Assembly: GCA_963698775.1 (NCBI GenBank)
Contig: CAVOSE010000072.1
Location: forward strand, 4,720 to 68,719
Length of the DNA stretch: 64,000 nucleotides
Reading direction: 5' to 3'
Source: an uncultured Gammaproteobacteria bacterium
Lineage (GTDB): Bacteria; Pseudomonadota; Gammaproteobacteria; Chromatiales; Chromatiaceae
The position numbers were made by a program, and so were the translations under genes. Position 1 is the stretch's first letter. Every line of letters begins with the position of its first letter. Positions 45,933-55,356 of the stretch are shown piece after piece. Under the pieces are notes generated by a model. The model was given only the letters and a program-made list of their open reading frames with translations. It did no database searches and was not told the origin of the DNA.

Positions 45933-46652
45933 ATGGAAGAGCTTACCCAGACCCTGTTGTTGATCGCGGTCATCGCCGTCCCTGTCTTGTTCGCGATCAC
46001 CGTGCACGAGGCCGCCCATGGCTGGGTCGCTTACAAGCGCGGTGATCCCACGGCTTGGCTGCTGGGCCGGGTGACCTTCAATCCGATCAAGCACATCGAT
46101 CCTGTCGGCACCATCCTGGTACCGTTGAGTATCTTTTTCATGTCCAAGTCCCTCGTCGGCGTGCCGTTCCTGTTCGGTTGGGCCAAGCCGGTGCCGGTGG
46201 ACTGGCGGCGGTTGCGCGATCCGCGCTGGGATATGGCCTTGGTCGCGCTGGCCGGGCCAGGCGTCAACCTGCTGATGGCGCTGGCCTGGGGCCTGGCGAT
46301 CCAAATCATGTCCCTCGTCGTCTTGGTGGCACCAATTCCGGCGGAGGTGCTCTATGCCTATGTGGACATGTGCAGCATCGGCATCCTGATCAATCTGTTT
46401 CTCATGGCCTTGAACCTGTTTCCTTTGCTGCCGCTGGACGGGGGCCGTATCCTGAACGCCCTGCTGCCGCCGCGGCTCGCGCTCGGCTTTTCGCGCCTGG
46501 AACCCTATGGCATCCTGATCCTGCTGGCGCTGCTGTTTTTGCCCAACGGCCAGCCGCCGGGCCTGCTCGGCGTCGTGCTCCGTCCAGTGGTGGATACCGC
46601 ACTGGACCTGATGCCGGCCTCGGCGCTGGTGCGTGACCGGTTCGAGCTCTGA
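45933..46652 (+). CDS. Site-2 protease (M50) family protein
   Basis: HEAAH, GDPTA, NPIKHID, AGP, NLFPLLPLDGGR. Confidence 0.93.
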   Translation: MEELTQTLLLIAVIAVPVLFAITVHEAAHGWVAYKRGDPTAWLLGRVTFNPIKHIDPVGTILVPLSIFFMSKSLVGVPFLFGWAKPVPVDWRRLRDPRWDMALVALAGPGVNLLMALAWGLAIQIMSLVVLVAPIPAEVLYAYVDMCSIGILINLFLMALNLFPLLPLDGGRILNALLPPRLALGFSRLEPYGILILLALLFLPNGQPPGLLGVVLRPVVDTALDLMPASALVRDRFEL

Positions 46653-46704
46653 ACCCACGACCATTCATTCCCGCAACAACGACCTGCAACAAGGCGAATC
46701 TACC

Positions 46705-47922
46705 TTGACCACAGTCCCTGCCCAACACGCACGCGTGCTCTCTGGCATGCGACCCACCGGTAAGCTCCATCTGGGCCATTACCATGGTGTCCTGAAGAAT
46801 TGGATCGAGCTGCAGCACGAGTACGAGTGCTTTTTCTTCGTCGCCGACTGGCATGCGCTGACCACCGATTACGAAGACCCGTCCAACATCCCTCAGGCCA
46901 GCTACGACATGGTCGTGGACTGGCTTGCGGCCGGTGTCAGCGCCGGCTCAGCGACCCTATTCATTCAATCCCGGGTGCCGGAGCACGCGGAGTTGCATCT
47001 GCTGCTGTCGATGATCACACCGCTCGGGTGGCTCGAGCGCGTTCCGAGCTACAAGGACCAGCAGGAAAAGCTCAAGGAGAAGGACCTAGCCACCTACGGC
47101 TTCCTCGGCTATCCGCTGCTGCAGAGCGCGGACATCCTGATCTACAAGGCTGGCCAGGTACCGGTGGGCGAAGACCAGGTTGCCCACGTGGAGATGACCC
47201 GCGAGATCGCGCGTCGTTTCAATCACGTCTACGGGCGTGAGCCCGACTTTGAGGAAAAGGCCGAGCAGGCCAAACGGAAGATGGGCAAAAAGAACGCGAA
47301 GATGTTCGACAAGCTCAAGCGCAGTTACCAGGAGCAGGGCGATCAGGAGGCCCTGAACGTGGCCCGGGCGCTGCTGGAGAGCCAGGGAAACATCACCCTC
47401 GGCGACCGCGAGCGACTGTTCGGCTACCTGGAGGGGGGCGGGCGTGTGATCCTGCCTGAGCCGCAGCCGTTGCTGACCCGCGCCGCCAAGATGCCGGGCC
47501 TCGATGGCCAGAAGATGTCCAAGTCCTACGGCAACACCATCTCCTTGCGCGATGACCCGCTCGAAGTGGAGCAGAAGCTGCGTACCATGCCAACGGACCC
47601 AGCGCGTGTGCGCCGGACCGATCCTGGCGACCCCGCGCTCTGCCCTGTCTGGCAGTTCCACGAGGTCTACTCCGATGATGACGTCAAAGACTGGGTGCAG
47701 CAGGGCTGCCGCAGCGCCGGTATCGGCTGCCTGGAGTGCAAACAGCCGGTCATCGACGCGGTGCGCGCAGAACTCGCGCCTATCCAGGCGCGGGCCCGCG
47801 AACTCGAGGGGCAACCCGAGGTGGTGCGTTCGGCCATCAACGAGGGCTGCGAGCGTGCACGTGACGTTGCTCGCGAGACCATGGACGAGGTGCGTCTGGC
47901 CATGTCGCTGAGTCAAGGCTGA
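46705..47922 (+). CDS. trpS: Tryptophan--tRNA ligase
   Basis: SGMRPTG, HLGH, YPLLQSAD, VPVGEDQ, KMSKS. Confidence 0.97.
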   Translation: MTTVPAQHARVLSGMRPTGKLHLGHYHGVLKNWIELQHEYECFFFVADWHALTTDYEDPSNIPQASYDMVVDWLAAGVSAGSATLFIQSRVPEHAELHLLLSMITPLGWLERVPSYKDQQEKLKEKDLATYGFLGYPLLQSADILIYKAGQVPVGEDQVAHVEMTREIARRFNHVYGREPDFEEKAEQAKRKMGKKNAKMFDKLKRSYQEQGDQEALNVARALLESQGNITLGDRERLFGYLEGGGRVILPEPQPLLTRAAKMPGLDGQKMSKSYGNTISLRDDPLEVEQKLRTMPTDPARVRRTDPGDPALCPVWQFHEVYSDDDVKDWVQQGCRSAGIGCLECKQPVIDAVRAELAPIQARARELEGQPEVVRSAINEGCERARDVARETMDEVRLAMSLSQG

Positions 47923-48005
47923 TTTTTGGTCAGGGTGGACGATCAGTCCGCGTCTTGCGCGTGGTGGTGAAATCGATGCACGAAGCGCGCTGACACCGAG
48001 GGCAC

Positions 48006-48833
48006 ATGCAAACCATTGAGGAACAACCGGCGGAATCAGCGCCGCGTCAGCAGGAGATGCCCTTCGCGATGGTGCAGGGCACACCGCTGCTGACGTTGCC
48101 GCTGGATCTCTACATCCCGCCGGACGCGTTGGAGGTCTTCCTCGATGCCTTCGAGGGCCCGCTGGACCTGTTGCTGTATCTGATCCGGCGTCAAAACCTC
48201 GACATCCTCGACATCCCCATCGCCCAGATCACCACCCAGTACATGGAGTACGTGGACCTGATGAAGGACCTGAAGCTGGAGCTGGCGGCGGAGTATCTGG
48301 TGATGGCCGCGATGCTGTGTGAGATCAAATCCCGCATGCTGCTGCCGCGTCCCGAGAGCGTCGACGACGATGACGCTGATCCGCGTGCCGAGCTGGTGCG
48401 CCGGCTCCAGGAATACGAACGCTTCAAGCAGGCGGCCCAGGACATCGACGCGTTGCCACGCCTCGACCGCGACTGTTTTCCGGTACAGGCGGACGTGCCC
48501 GCCGGGCATGTACCGCGCATCCCGCCGACGGTGGAACTCGGCGAGGTGCTGCTGGCCCTGCGTGAGGTGCTGAGCCGCGCCGATCTGTTTACCAGCCACC
48601 GTGTGGAGCGTGAGTCGCTGTCGTTGCGCGAACGGATGTCGCAGGTGCTCGAGCGCTTGCAACATGGAGGTTTCGTGCCCTTCGTCGCACTGTTCGACAT
48701 CAGCGAAGGTCGTGCCGGCGTAGTCGTCAGCTTCCTGGCGATTCTGGAACTGATCAAGGCAGCGACGTTGGAACTGGTGCAGTCCGAACCCTATGCACCG
48801 ATTCACATCCGCCTGCGGCAGGACGAGGCATGA
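48006..48833 (+). CDS. scpA: Segregation and condensation protein A
   Basis: FEGPLDLLLYLI, AAEYLVMAA, KSRMLLP, FLAILEL. Confidence 0.95.
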   Translation: MQTIEEQPAESAPRQQEMPFAMVQGTPLLTLPLDLYIPPDALEVFLDAFEGPLDLLLYLIRRQNLDILDIPIAQITTQYMEYVDLMKDLKLELAAEYLVMAAMLCEIKSRMLLPRPESVDDDDADPRAELVRRLQEYERFKQAAQDIDALPRLDRDCFPVQADVPAGHVPRIPPTVELGEVLLALREVLSRADLFTSHRVERESLSLRERMSQVLERLQHGGFVPFVALFDISEGRAGVVVSFLAILELIKAATLELVQSEPYAPIHIRLRQDEA

Positions 48834-49594
48834 GCGCCGACGATGATCCGGCGCGCCCGCCGCAACAAGGGCCTCTGAATGACAGGGATGGTATCTCGGT
48901 GCCCTTGCCCCGGGGGCCTGATGCGCCGAACGCCCTGTCCGTGCTGCTGCCCCCGCTCAAGCAGCCACCGGTCAAGCAGGTCGTGGAGGGCGCGCTGATG
49001 GCTGCCGGCGGCCCGCTGACGCTAGACCAGATCCTGGGGCTGTACCCAGACGAGCAGCGTCCGGCGCGCGATGCCGTGCGCGACGCCGTCGCCGCCATCA
49101 GCGACGACTACCAAGGCCGCGGCATCGAACTGGTGGAGGTGGCTGGCGGCTGGCGCATCCAGGTGTGCCGCGACGTTGCCCCCTGGGTCGGACGGCTATG
49201 GGAGGAGCGGCCCCCTCGCTACTCCCGCGCGCTGCTGGAGACCCTGGCCCTGATCGCCTACCGTCAGCCCATCACGCGCGGCGAGATCGAAGACATCCGC
49301 GGCGTCGCGGTCAGTACGCAGATCGTCAAGACCCTGAGCGAGCGCGACTGGATTCGCATCGTCGGCCATCGCGATGTGCCCGGCCGCCCAGCCCTGTTCG
49401 CGACCACGCGGCGCTTTCTCGACTACTTCGGCCTGCGCTCGCTGAACGATCTGCCGCCGCTAGCGGAGATTCGCGACCCGTCCTTCTTTGCCGATGCCTT
49501 GGACCTGCAAGGCGGTGGCGAGGTCACCGACCCATCCGACCCGCCGCCAGCTGACCGCGGAAGCACCGGCAGCCGACAACCCCAGCAGCGATGA
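48830..49594 (+). CDS. scpB: Segregation and condensation protein B (true end possibly 49679)
   Basis: YSRALLETLALIAYRQPITRGEIEDIRGV, PGRP, FLDYFGL. Confidence 0.95.
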   Translation: MSADDDPARPPQQGPLNDRDGISVPLPRGPDAPNALSVLLPPLKQPPVKQVVEGALMAAGGPLTLDQILGLYPDEQRPARDAVRDAVAAISDDYQGRGIELVEVAGGWRIQVCRDVAPWVGRLWEERPPRYSRALLETLALIAYRQPITRGEIEDIRGVAVSTQIVKTLSERDWIRIVGHRDVPGRPALFATTRRFLDYFGLRSLNDLPPLAEIRDPSFFADALDLQGGGEVTDPSDPPPADRGSTGSRQPQQR

Positions 49595-49662
49595 CCCCGG
49601 CACGGCCGGCGCTGACGATCATCATGACGACACCAGCGGCGAGCAGCCCGGAGACCAGACCC

Positions 49663-50583
49663 ATGACCGACCGGCGTAGACCCAGCCCCGGACCGCGCCG
49701 CAACCCGCCGGCCCCCACCGGCGAGCCGGTACGACTGCAAAAGGCCCTGGCCGAGGCCGGACTCGGCTCGCGGCGCGAGATCGAAGGCTGGATCAGGGAA
49801 GGCCGCGTGCGCGTCAACGGCCAGCTGGCCAAGCTCGGCGACCGCGTCTCGCCCGCCGACCGCGTCCGCGTCGACGGCACCGACGTCAAACGCCGCGCGC
49901 CGCGCAGCACCAGACCGGTGGTGCTGGCCTATCACAAGCCCGAGGGCGAGGTCGTCACCCGCCGCGATCCCGAGGACCGTCCCACCATCTTCCGCCGCCT
50001 GCCCGGCATCCGCGACGGCCGCTGGATCGCGGTCGGTCGGCTCGACCTCAACACCGCCGGTCTGCTGCTGGTCACCAACCACGGCGAGCTGGCCAATCGG
50101 CTGATGCACCCGTCGCGCCGCGTCGAGCGCGAATATGCGGTGCGCATCCACGGCCAGGTCGCCGATGCGACCCTGAAACAACTGGTCAACGGCATCGAAC
50201 TCGAAGACGGCCCGGCGCGCTTCGAGGAGATCGTCGAATCCGGCGGCAGCGGCGCCAATCAATGGTTCCACGTCCTACTGTGCGAGGGCCGCAACCGCGA
50301 GGTGCGCCGGCTGTGGGAGGCCGCCGGCTGCGAGGTCAGCCGCCTCAAACGCGTACGCTTCGGCAACGTCATCCTCGGCGCGCGCCCGCTGCCGGGCCAG
50401 TGGCGGGAACTCACCGATGAGGAGGTCGACGGCCTGATCGCGCTGGCGGACCTGGCCGCCGGAGCCCGCGAAGAGACCGATCCGTCGACCTGCGCCGGGT
50501 GCCGGGCGCGCGCGACCGAATCCTCGCTCTCGATCGGGCCGCGAACGCTAATCGTCAGGCGAAGTCGGGTAAGCCACGAATGA
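49663..50583 (+). CDS. rluB: 23S rRNA pseudouridine synthase RluB (true end possibly ~50550)
   Basis: S4 domain LQKALA..SRRE, VGRLDLNT, LMHPS, EGRNREVRR. Confidence 0.93.
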   Translation: MTDRRRPSPGPRRNPPAPTGEPVRLQKALAEAGLGSRREIEGWIREGRVRVNGQLAKLGDRVSPADRVRVDGTDVKRRAPRSTRPVVLAYHKPEGEVVTRRDPEDRPTIFRRLPGIRDGRWIAVGRLDLNTAGLLLVTNHGELANRLMHPSRRVEREYAVRIHGQVADATLKQLVNGIELEDGPARFEEIVESGGSGANQWFHVLLCEGRNREVRRLWEAAGCEVSRLKRVRFGNVILGARPLPGQWRELTDEEVDGLIALADLAAGAREETDPSTCAGCRARATESSLSIGPRTLIVRRSRVSHE

Positions 50584-50902
50584 ACCCAAAATGCCCGAGT
50601 CTCTGCTGTTCGCGAAAGTCTCCGACCTGCTGCGCTGGGGGCATCCCGGTCGCTATGGGCTTGCCGCTCAGTCACAGTTCCTTGGTTGCTGAGCGCGGGT
50701 CCGCCCTGTTAGCTGAGATCCAGCATCCGACAGAAAACACATGTGCGTACAGCAACTTTTTGTACTAATGTTAGATTGGCACGGTGTCCGTTTTAGAGGC
50801 CTATTAAGGTTCGCGGGTGGGCTGCCTGCGCGGTGCATGAGTTGATCGCGACGTTTAGGCTCTCGTGCCACTCTGCAATGTTGCCAACATGAGGTGAGTG
50901 CT

Positions 50903-51607
50903 ATGAAGATGATTCGGAACGGTTTTTCGAAAACAGTTCTGGTGTCGTGTGCGTTGGGTCTGCTGATCTCTGCGGTGCCATTGGCGGGTGCGTTTGCGAG
51001 CGACATTACGTTTATTAACGCAAAGGTTCTGCTCAAGGTCAAACCGCAGGCCAAAGTCGACAGGGACTGGTTCGAGGCTAGTTTCTGTCTTGAGAGCGCA
51101 ACTCCGTTTGAGATTGGCGATCTGTTCGACGCAAAGCGAGTCGTTCTGCGAATGCCCGATCTGGATGCTGTTCTATCCGGAGGGACTCCTCCTTTCGCTC
51201 TGACCCGGGTATTCCGCCAAAACATCGCGCCAGATACCCCAACAATCGCTGAAGATGATTTGGATAAACAGCAAAAGTACCGGTTTACGAGCCGAGATCA
51301 AGGGGCAATCTGGGATCTCCAGCTTGACCCGACTCCAAACACGAACTGTTACCCTGGTATCTGGGGATATATTTGGGTAAATGAGGAAAACTTCTATGGT
51401 GATCTGCGGGCTGCGGAAACCCCTAAGCAGTATCGTTATTGCATACGGGGAGAGAGCGGCAACTTGGATTGTGGCAACGGCTTGGATGCAGTCCAAATGG
51501 TTTTCAAGCTTGGGGAACAGACGTGGAAGGGGCAGGTGAAGCTGGAACCACAACGCAACACTTTCGACAACAGCAAACTTAATGAGAAGTTCATCATCGC
51601 AGACTGA
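50903..51607 (+). CDS. Hypothetical secreted protein, lower GC
   Basis: GAGG RBS; signal peptide ending AFA; no family recognised. Confidence 0.7.
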   Translation: MKMIRNGFSKTVLVSCALGLLISAVPLAGAFASDITFINAKVLLKVKPQAKVDRDWFEASFCLESATPFEIGDLFDAKRVVLRMPDLDAVLSGGTPPFALTRVFRQNIAPDTPTIAEDDLDKQQKYRFTSRDQGAIWDLQLDPTPNTNCYPGIWGYIWVNEENFYGDLRAAETPKQYRYCIRGESGNLDCGNGLDAVQMVFKLGEQTWKGQVKLEPQRNTFDNSKLNEKFIIAD

Positions 51608-51989
51608 CGGTTTTGTAGTCTGCCGAACGAAAAGCCTGTGCCGAGCGGCTCTTCGGGCCTTCCTGATTTGGCCCCGAGCCTTCGCCGAGAGATCAGCACT
51701 ACCGACTCGCCGTAACGGAGAACTGGCGCGGCGCCTAAGGTCTCGCCACAAAGCTGCCAGCGGATGGCGGCTCAATCAGCCCGAAGTGCAAGATAATCGC
51801 TCGTCACCTATCGGCACGCTGGCGATTAACGGTTGCATAGCTGCTTGGCTGTGCGATCGCCCAGCGCTAGGTTTGCAACCAACAGCCGGGACCGTTTGGA
51901 GGCGCGGGCACTTTTCTAATTGGTTGGCCTTCGAGCGCGAAGCATAGCCATGCACGTACTTCCGGATGGCTGATCGTCGCTCGTGGCGC

Positions 51990-52472
51990 TTAGTAGCGCC
52001 CGCCGCTCTTCATCAGGTAGTTGCGCATCTCCGCGCTCTCCAGATTCATGCGCATCAGGTTGCCGTGGGTGATGCGGAAGATGGCGCGCATGATCTTGTA
52101 GACTAGACGCGGATCGGTGTCGATCAGGGCCTCGAAGTCGTCGGGCTCCAAAGTCAGTACGCTACCGTCGGTATCGGCGCACAGCGCGGCTCGGCGTGCG
52201 GAGCCGTCGATGAACGCGCGGGTGCCGGCGCATTCGCCAATGCGCATCTGATACACCGTTTCTTCCTGCTTGCCCACCGCCTTGCAGACGTTGAGCCTGC
52301 CCTTAGCGAGCACGAACAGGGTGCGCCGCTGCTCGCCCTCGCGCACCAGTACCTCGCCCTGTGTGAGTTCCTGAACGCCCATCCGCCCGGCCAGGGTCGC
52401 GCATTCGACGGCGTCAAGCTCAGCGCCTAGCGTGGACTGGGCCACGGTTTCTGCAATGTTCAGCTCGGTCAT
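51990..52472 (-). CDS. Stand-alone cyclic nucleotide-binding domain protein
   Basis: LVREGE, LFVLAKG, GECAG, RRAAL pattern; no HTH. Confidence 0.8.
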   Translation of the reverse strand: MTELNIAETVAQSTLGAELDAVECATLAGRMGVQELTQGEVLVREGEQRRTLFVLAKGRLNVCKAVGKQEETVYQMRIGECAGTRAFIDGSARRAALCADTDGSVLTLEPDDFEALIDTDPRLVYKIMRAIFRITHGNLMRMNLESAEMRNYLMKSGGRY

Positions 52473-52610
52473 GGTTGGTCACCGCGGTCGGGTTGCATCG
52501 GGTAGGGGTGTGGCATCTCGCTGCCGCCCCGTGAGGTCCCGCAAGTTTAGCGCGCCTGCGTGACAAGGGGTGATCTGGGCTGGTTGCGATTCGGTCGATA
52601 GGTGTGAACC

Positions 52611-52824
52611 CTAGATTGCTCGAGTGCGGAAAATGTTTGCAGACGAGTCAAGTTTCGATGCGGCATCGGACTGGCGAGGCTCCTCCAAATCGAAATCGAA
52701 ATCGAAATCGAAATCGGGATCGGGATCGGGATCGGGATCGGGATCGAGCCACGTGGGACTCGCCACGATTCTGATAGCGATACCGACGATCACGACTCGT
52801 CTGTCTGCGGCGGGGCCTCGCTAG
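52611..52824. repeat. Dispersed microsatellite-cored element (family D), copy 1
   Basis: CTAGATTGCT...GAGTCAAGTTTCGATGC...(AAATCG)5(GGATCG)5...GATCACGACTCGTC...GCCTCGCTAG. Confidence 0.85.
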
Positions 52825-52849
52825 AGGTGATCGCTGCGGTTGCGTGGTT

Positions 52850-52871
52850 GTGCGGCTGAAGCCGCACCTAC
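52850..52871 (-). repeat. GTAG-type REP overlapping the argE stop codon
   Basis: GTGCGGCTGAAGCCGCACCTAC, identical to the copy at 17340-17361. Confidence 0.8.
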
Positions 52872-54037
52872 GCTTCGATACAGAACCGCTGGATCAGGCG
52901 CTTGAGCAACTGTACCGTCGGTTCGATGCGGTCCAGGGCCAGGAACTCGTCCGGCTGGTGGGCTTGGTCGATGTCGCCGGGGCCGAGCACGACGGTGTCC
53001 ATGCCGAGTTGGTTGAAGAACGGCGCCTCGGTGCCGAAGCTAACGGCCTCCGCGGTGTGGCCGGTGAGCGCCTCGGCGGCACGCACGATGGCCGAACTCG
53101 CCGCGGTTTCCGCCGGCGGAATGCTCTCGAACAGCGGCTCCACCTGCCAACCCAGGCCGCGTGCTTCTGCCACCGCGGCTACACGGCGGGTCAGCTCGGC
53201 GCGCAGGTCCGCGGGGTCGAGCCCCGGCAGCACGCGCAGGTCGAGGTGCAACTCGCAATGGCCGCAGATGCGGTTGGGGTTGTCGCCGCCATGGATATGG
53301 CCGGGGTTGATGGTGGGGTAGGGCACCGGAAAGGCCGGGTTGTTGTAGCGTCGCTGCAGTTCGTCGCGCCAGGCGAGCACCGCGGTGAGCACCTCGTGCA
53401 TGCCCTCGAGCGCGTTATTGCCTAGGCGCGGATCGCTGGCGTGGCCGCTGCGGCCCGTCAATCGCACCGCTTCCCCCATGACGCCCTTGTGCATGCGCAC
53501 CGGCCGCAACCCGGTGGGCTCACCGATCACGGCGTAACGACCCAAGGGCCGCCCGGCGTTGACCAGCGCATGGGCGCCATGCATCGCCGACTCCTCGTCG
53601 GCGGTGGCGAGGATGATCAGCGGCTGCTTCAGATCCTTGGCCGTCAGTCCGCGGGCGGCCTCGATGGCCAGTCCCAGGAACGACTTCATGTCGGCGGTGC
53701 CCAGGCCATAGAGCCGACCGCCGTCCTCGCTGAGCTTGAGCGGATCATGGCTCCACAGCGGGGCATCGAACGGCACGGTATCGGCGTGGCCGGACAGTAC
53801 CAGACCACCAGGGCCGCTGCCCAGAGTCGCGACCAGATTGGCCTTGTCCGGATGCCCTGGAATCTCCAGCATCTCCACCGCGAAGCCGGCGTCCGCGAGC
53901 CAGCCCGCCAGCAGCACCAGCAGCGGCCGGTTGCTCTGATCCCAGCCCGGCGTCACGCTGCTGACGGACGGTGTCGCGATCAACCCCTCCAGCATGGTCA
54001 TCAGCGGCGGTGCTTCGGCGGTGGGCAGGTGCGGCAT
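52868..54037 (-). CDS. argE: Acetylornithine deacetylase
   Basis: LSGHADTVP, GTADMK, ADEE, IGEPT, HKG, GGDNPNRIC, FGTEAP, AHQPDE. Confidence 0.93.
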   Translation of the reverse strand: MPHLPTAEAPPLMTMLEGLIATPSVSSVTPGWDQSNRPLLVLLAGWLADAGFAVEMLEIPGHPDKANLVATLGSGPGGLVLSGHADTVPFDAPLWSHDPLKLSEDGGRLYGLGTADMKSFLGLAIEAARGLTAKDLKQPLIILATADEESAMHGAHALVNAGRPLGRYAVIGEPTGLRPVRMHKGVMGEAVRLTGRSGHASDPRLGNNALEGMHEVLTAVLAWRDELQRRYNNPAFPVPYPTINPGHIHGGDNPNRICGHCELHLDLRVLPGLDPADLRAELTRRVAAVAEARGLGWQVEPLFESIPPAETAASSAIVRAAEALTGHTAEAVSFGTEAPFFNQLGMDTVVLGPGDIDQAHQPDEFLALDRIEPTVQLLKRLIQRFCIEA

Positions 54038-54259
54038 GAGGTGACTCCGGGAGGGCTGTTCGTTTGAGCGCGATATTGGGGCGGTGCCAGGGGAAACTGG
54101 GCGCAGCATGCGGCCTGCGTCGTGATGCCTGTTGATTCAGTGGCGTCGGCTTTGTGACAAAGGCTCGTCGCAAAGCCGGTCTGGCATCCGCATTCCTGCG
54201 GTTAAGCGACTGATTCGTGGTCTTTCAATGGTTGGTGTGGATTGTGCTTAGACCTGTGC

Positions 54260-54652
54260 ATGGACGCATTGCAACAACGCCTTCAAGACTGTCTACCCGT
54301 TGCCGAAGCGCTCTGCCGCTCGCTGTGCGACGAGGCCGCTCGGCTTGGCTTCGACCCGGCCGCGGTCTCGGGTGCCGATGCGCTGACCGCCGAGTTTCGC
54401 TTACAAACCGATCCCGCCTCGGGCGGTCAGGGGCTGCTTGGCGAATGGTTCGACCGGCACCGGTATCGTGTCGGCATGCTGTTATTTCATGCCGACGGCA
54501 GCTTCTTTGCGGAGTACGACATCGTCCAGCCGCATCCGGGCAATCCACGCCTGTTCGTCGAAGCGGTCGAAGCCTGGGGCCGGGGCCAGGATATCCGCTG
54601 CGACGCGCGGACGATGCCAATGCCCGACGAGTTGGCGGCAACGGATGCCTGA
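54260..54652 (+). CDS. Hypothetical protein
   Basis: 130-aa ORF; the diverged second copy at 58173 keeps this frame, and many of its differences are synonymous. Confidence 0.75.
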   Translation: MDALQQRLQDCLPVAEALCRSLCDEAARLGFDPAAVSGADALTAEFRLQTDPASGGQGLLGEWFDRHRYRVGMLLFHADGSFFAEYDIVQPHPGNPRLFVEAVEAWGRGQDIRCDARTMPMPDELAATDA

Positions 54653-54725
54653 GCCTTGCAGACCTCGGTAGACCATTGCATCGGAGTCGAAGCATGCCAG
54701 ACACCCACTTGATTCTCTACCATAA
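54426..54725 (+). repeat. ~300-bp direct repeat, copy 1
   Basis: Aligns by eye with 58173-58490 (roughly 85-90% identity). Confidence 0.92.
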
Positions 54726-55113
54726 GCAATCCACAAGCGCCCGGACGCGGTTCTTGCGCTTTGGGCATGGCGGCGTGTGCGGTCCGGAGGCGCTGCCCGC
54801 CGACGCGTCGGTCGATGCGCCAAGCGCTCGCGATGCCACACTGTTGACCCACCCCGGCATGCTGCTGCGCGCGACCGAGACGACGCTTGCGCTGCCGCGC
54901 GGGAGCCTCGAGTCGGACGCCGGCTTCCACTGCCGGGTCTTGGCCGGCGCGGTCAGCGGTGATGTCTATCTGGCACATTTCACCAGCGTCGATCCGCCCT
55001 TCGATGCCGCCGATGGCGCTGGTGCGGCATTCATCGACCTGACCCAGGCGCGCGGTCTGCCGCCAACGGAACTGGCCTTGTTGCGGCTCGCTTATGAGCA
55101 TGTGCTGGGCTGA
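54694..55113 (+). CDS. Hypothetical protein
   Basis: GGAG RBS; 139 aa, MPDTHLILYHKQSTSARTRFLRF...DPPF...LRLAYEHVLG. Confidence 0.78.
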   Translation: MPDTHLILYHKQSTSARTRFLRFGHGGVCGPEALPADASVDAPSARDATLLTHPGMLLRATETTLALPRGSLESDAGFHCRVLAGAVSGDVYLAHFTSVDPPFDAADGAGAAFIDLTQARGLPPTELALLRLAYEHVLG

Positions 55114-55252
55114 ACCTAAGTCCGGCAGTTGCTTCGGCTGTAGAATTTATTCGCCGCGTCAGTGCCTTCCGTGCGACTGAAGTCGCACCTGCCCTGGGGG
55201 TGCAATCCATTGATTTGCTTGCGTGATCGATGTGAACTGTCGGATCTAGGCT
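55113..55252 (+). repeat. MITE/REPIN-like element, family A
   Basis: TIRs AACCTAAGTCCGGCAGTT / AACTGTCGGATCTAGGCT; internal GTGCGACTGAAGTCGCAC. Confidence 0.85.
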
Positions 55253-55356
55253 GAAGCACCTTAGGAGCGCGCTGAAATGATGGCTGCGGCATTAGGGGCA
55301 CATCATCGTTTGGCGTAAACTAGCGCCTTATTTGCCTGCCACCAAGGCCGGTGCCA

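Noticed and set aside
52611-52824. ORFs encoding SKSKSGSG / DPDPDFDF (and RYRYRFRF at 59459-59686)
   Set aside because: Translation by-products of hexamer repeats; the encoded peptides are not conserved between the two copies
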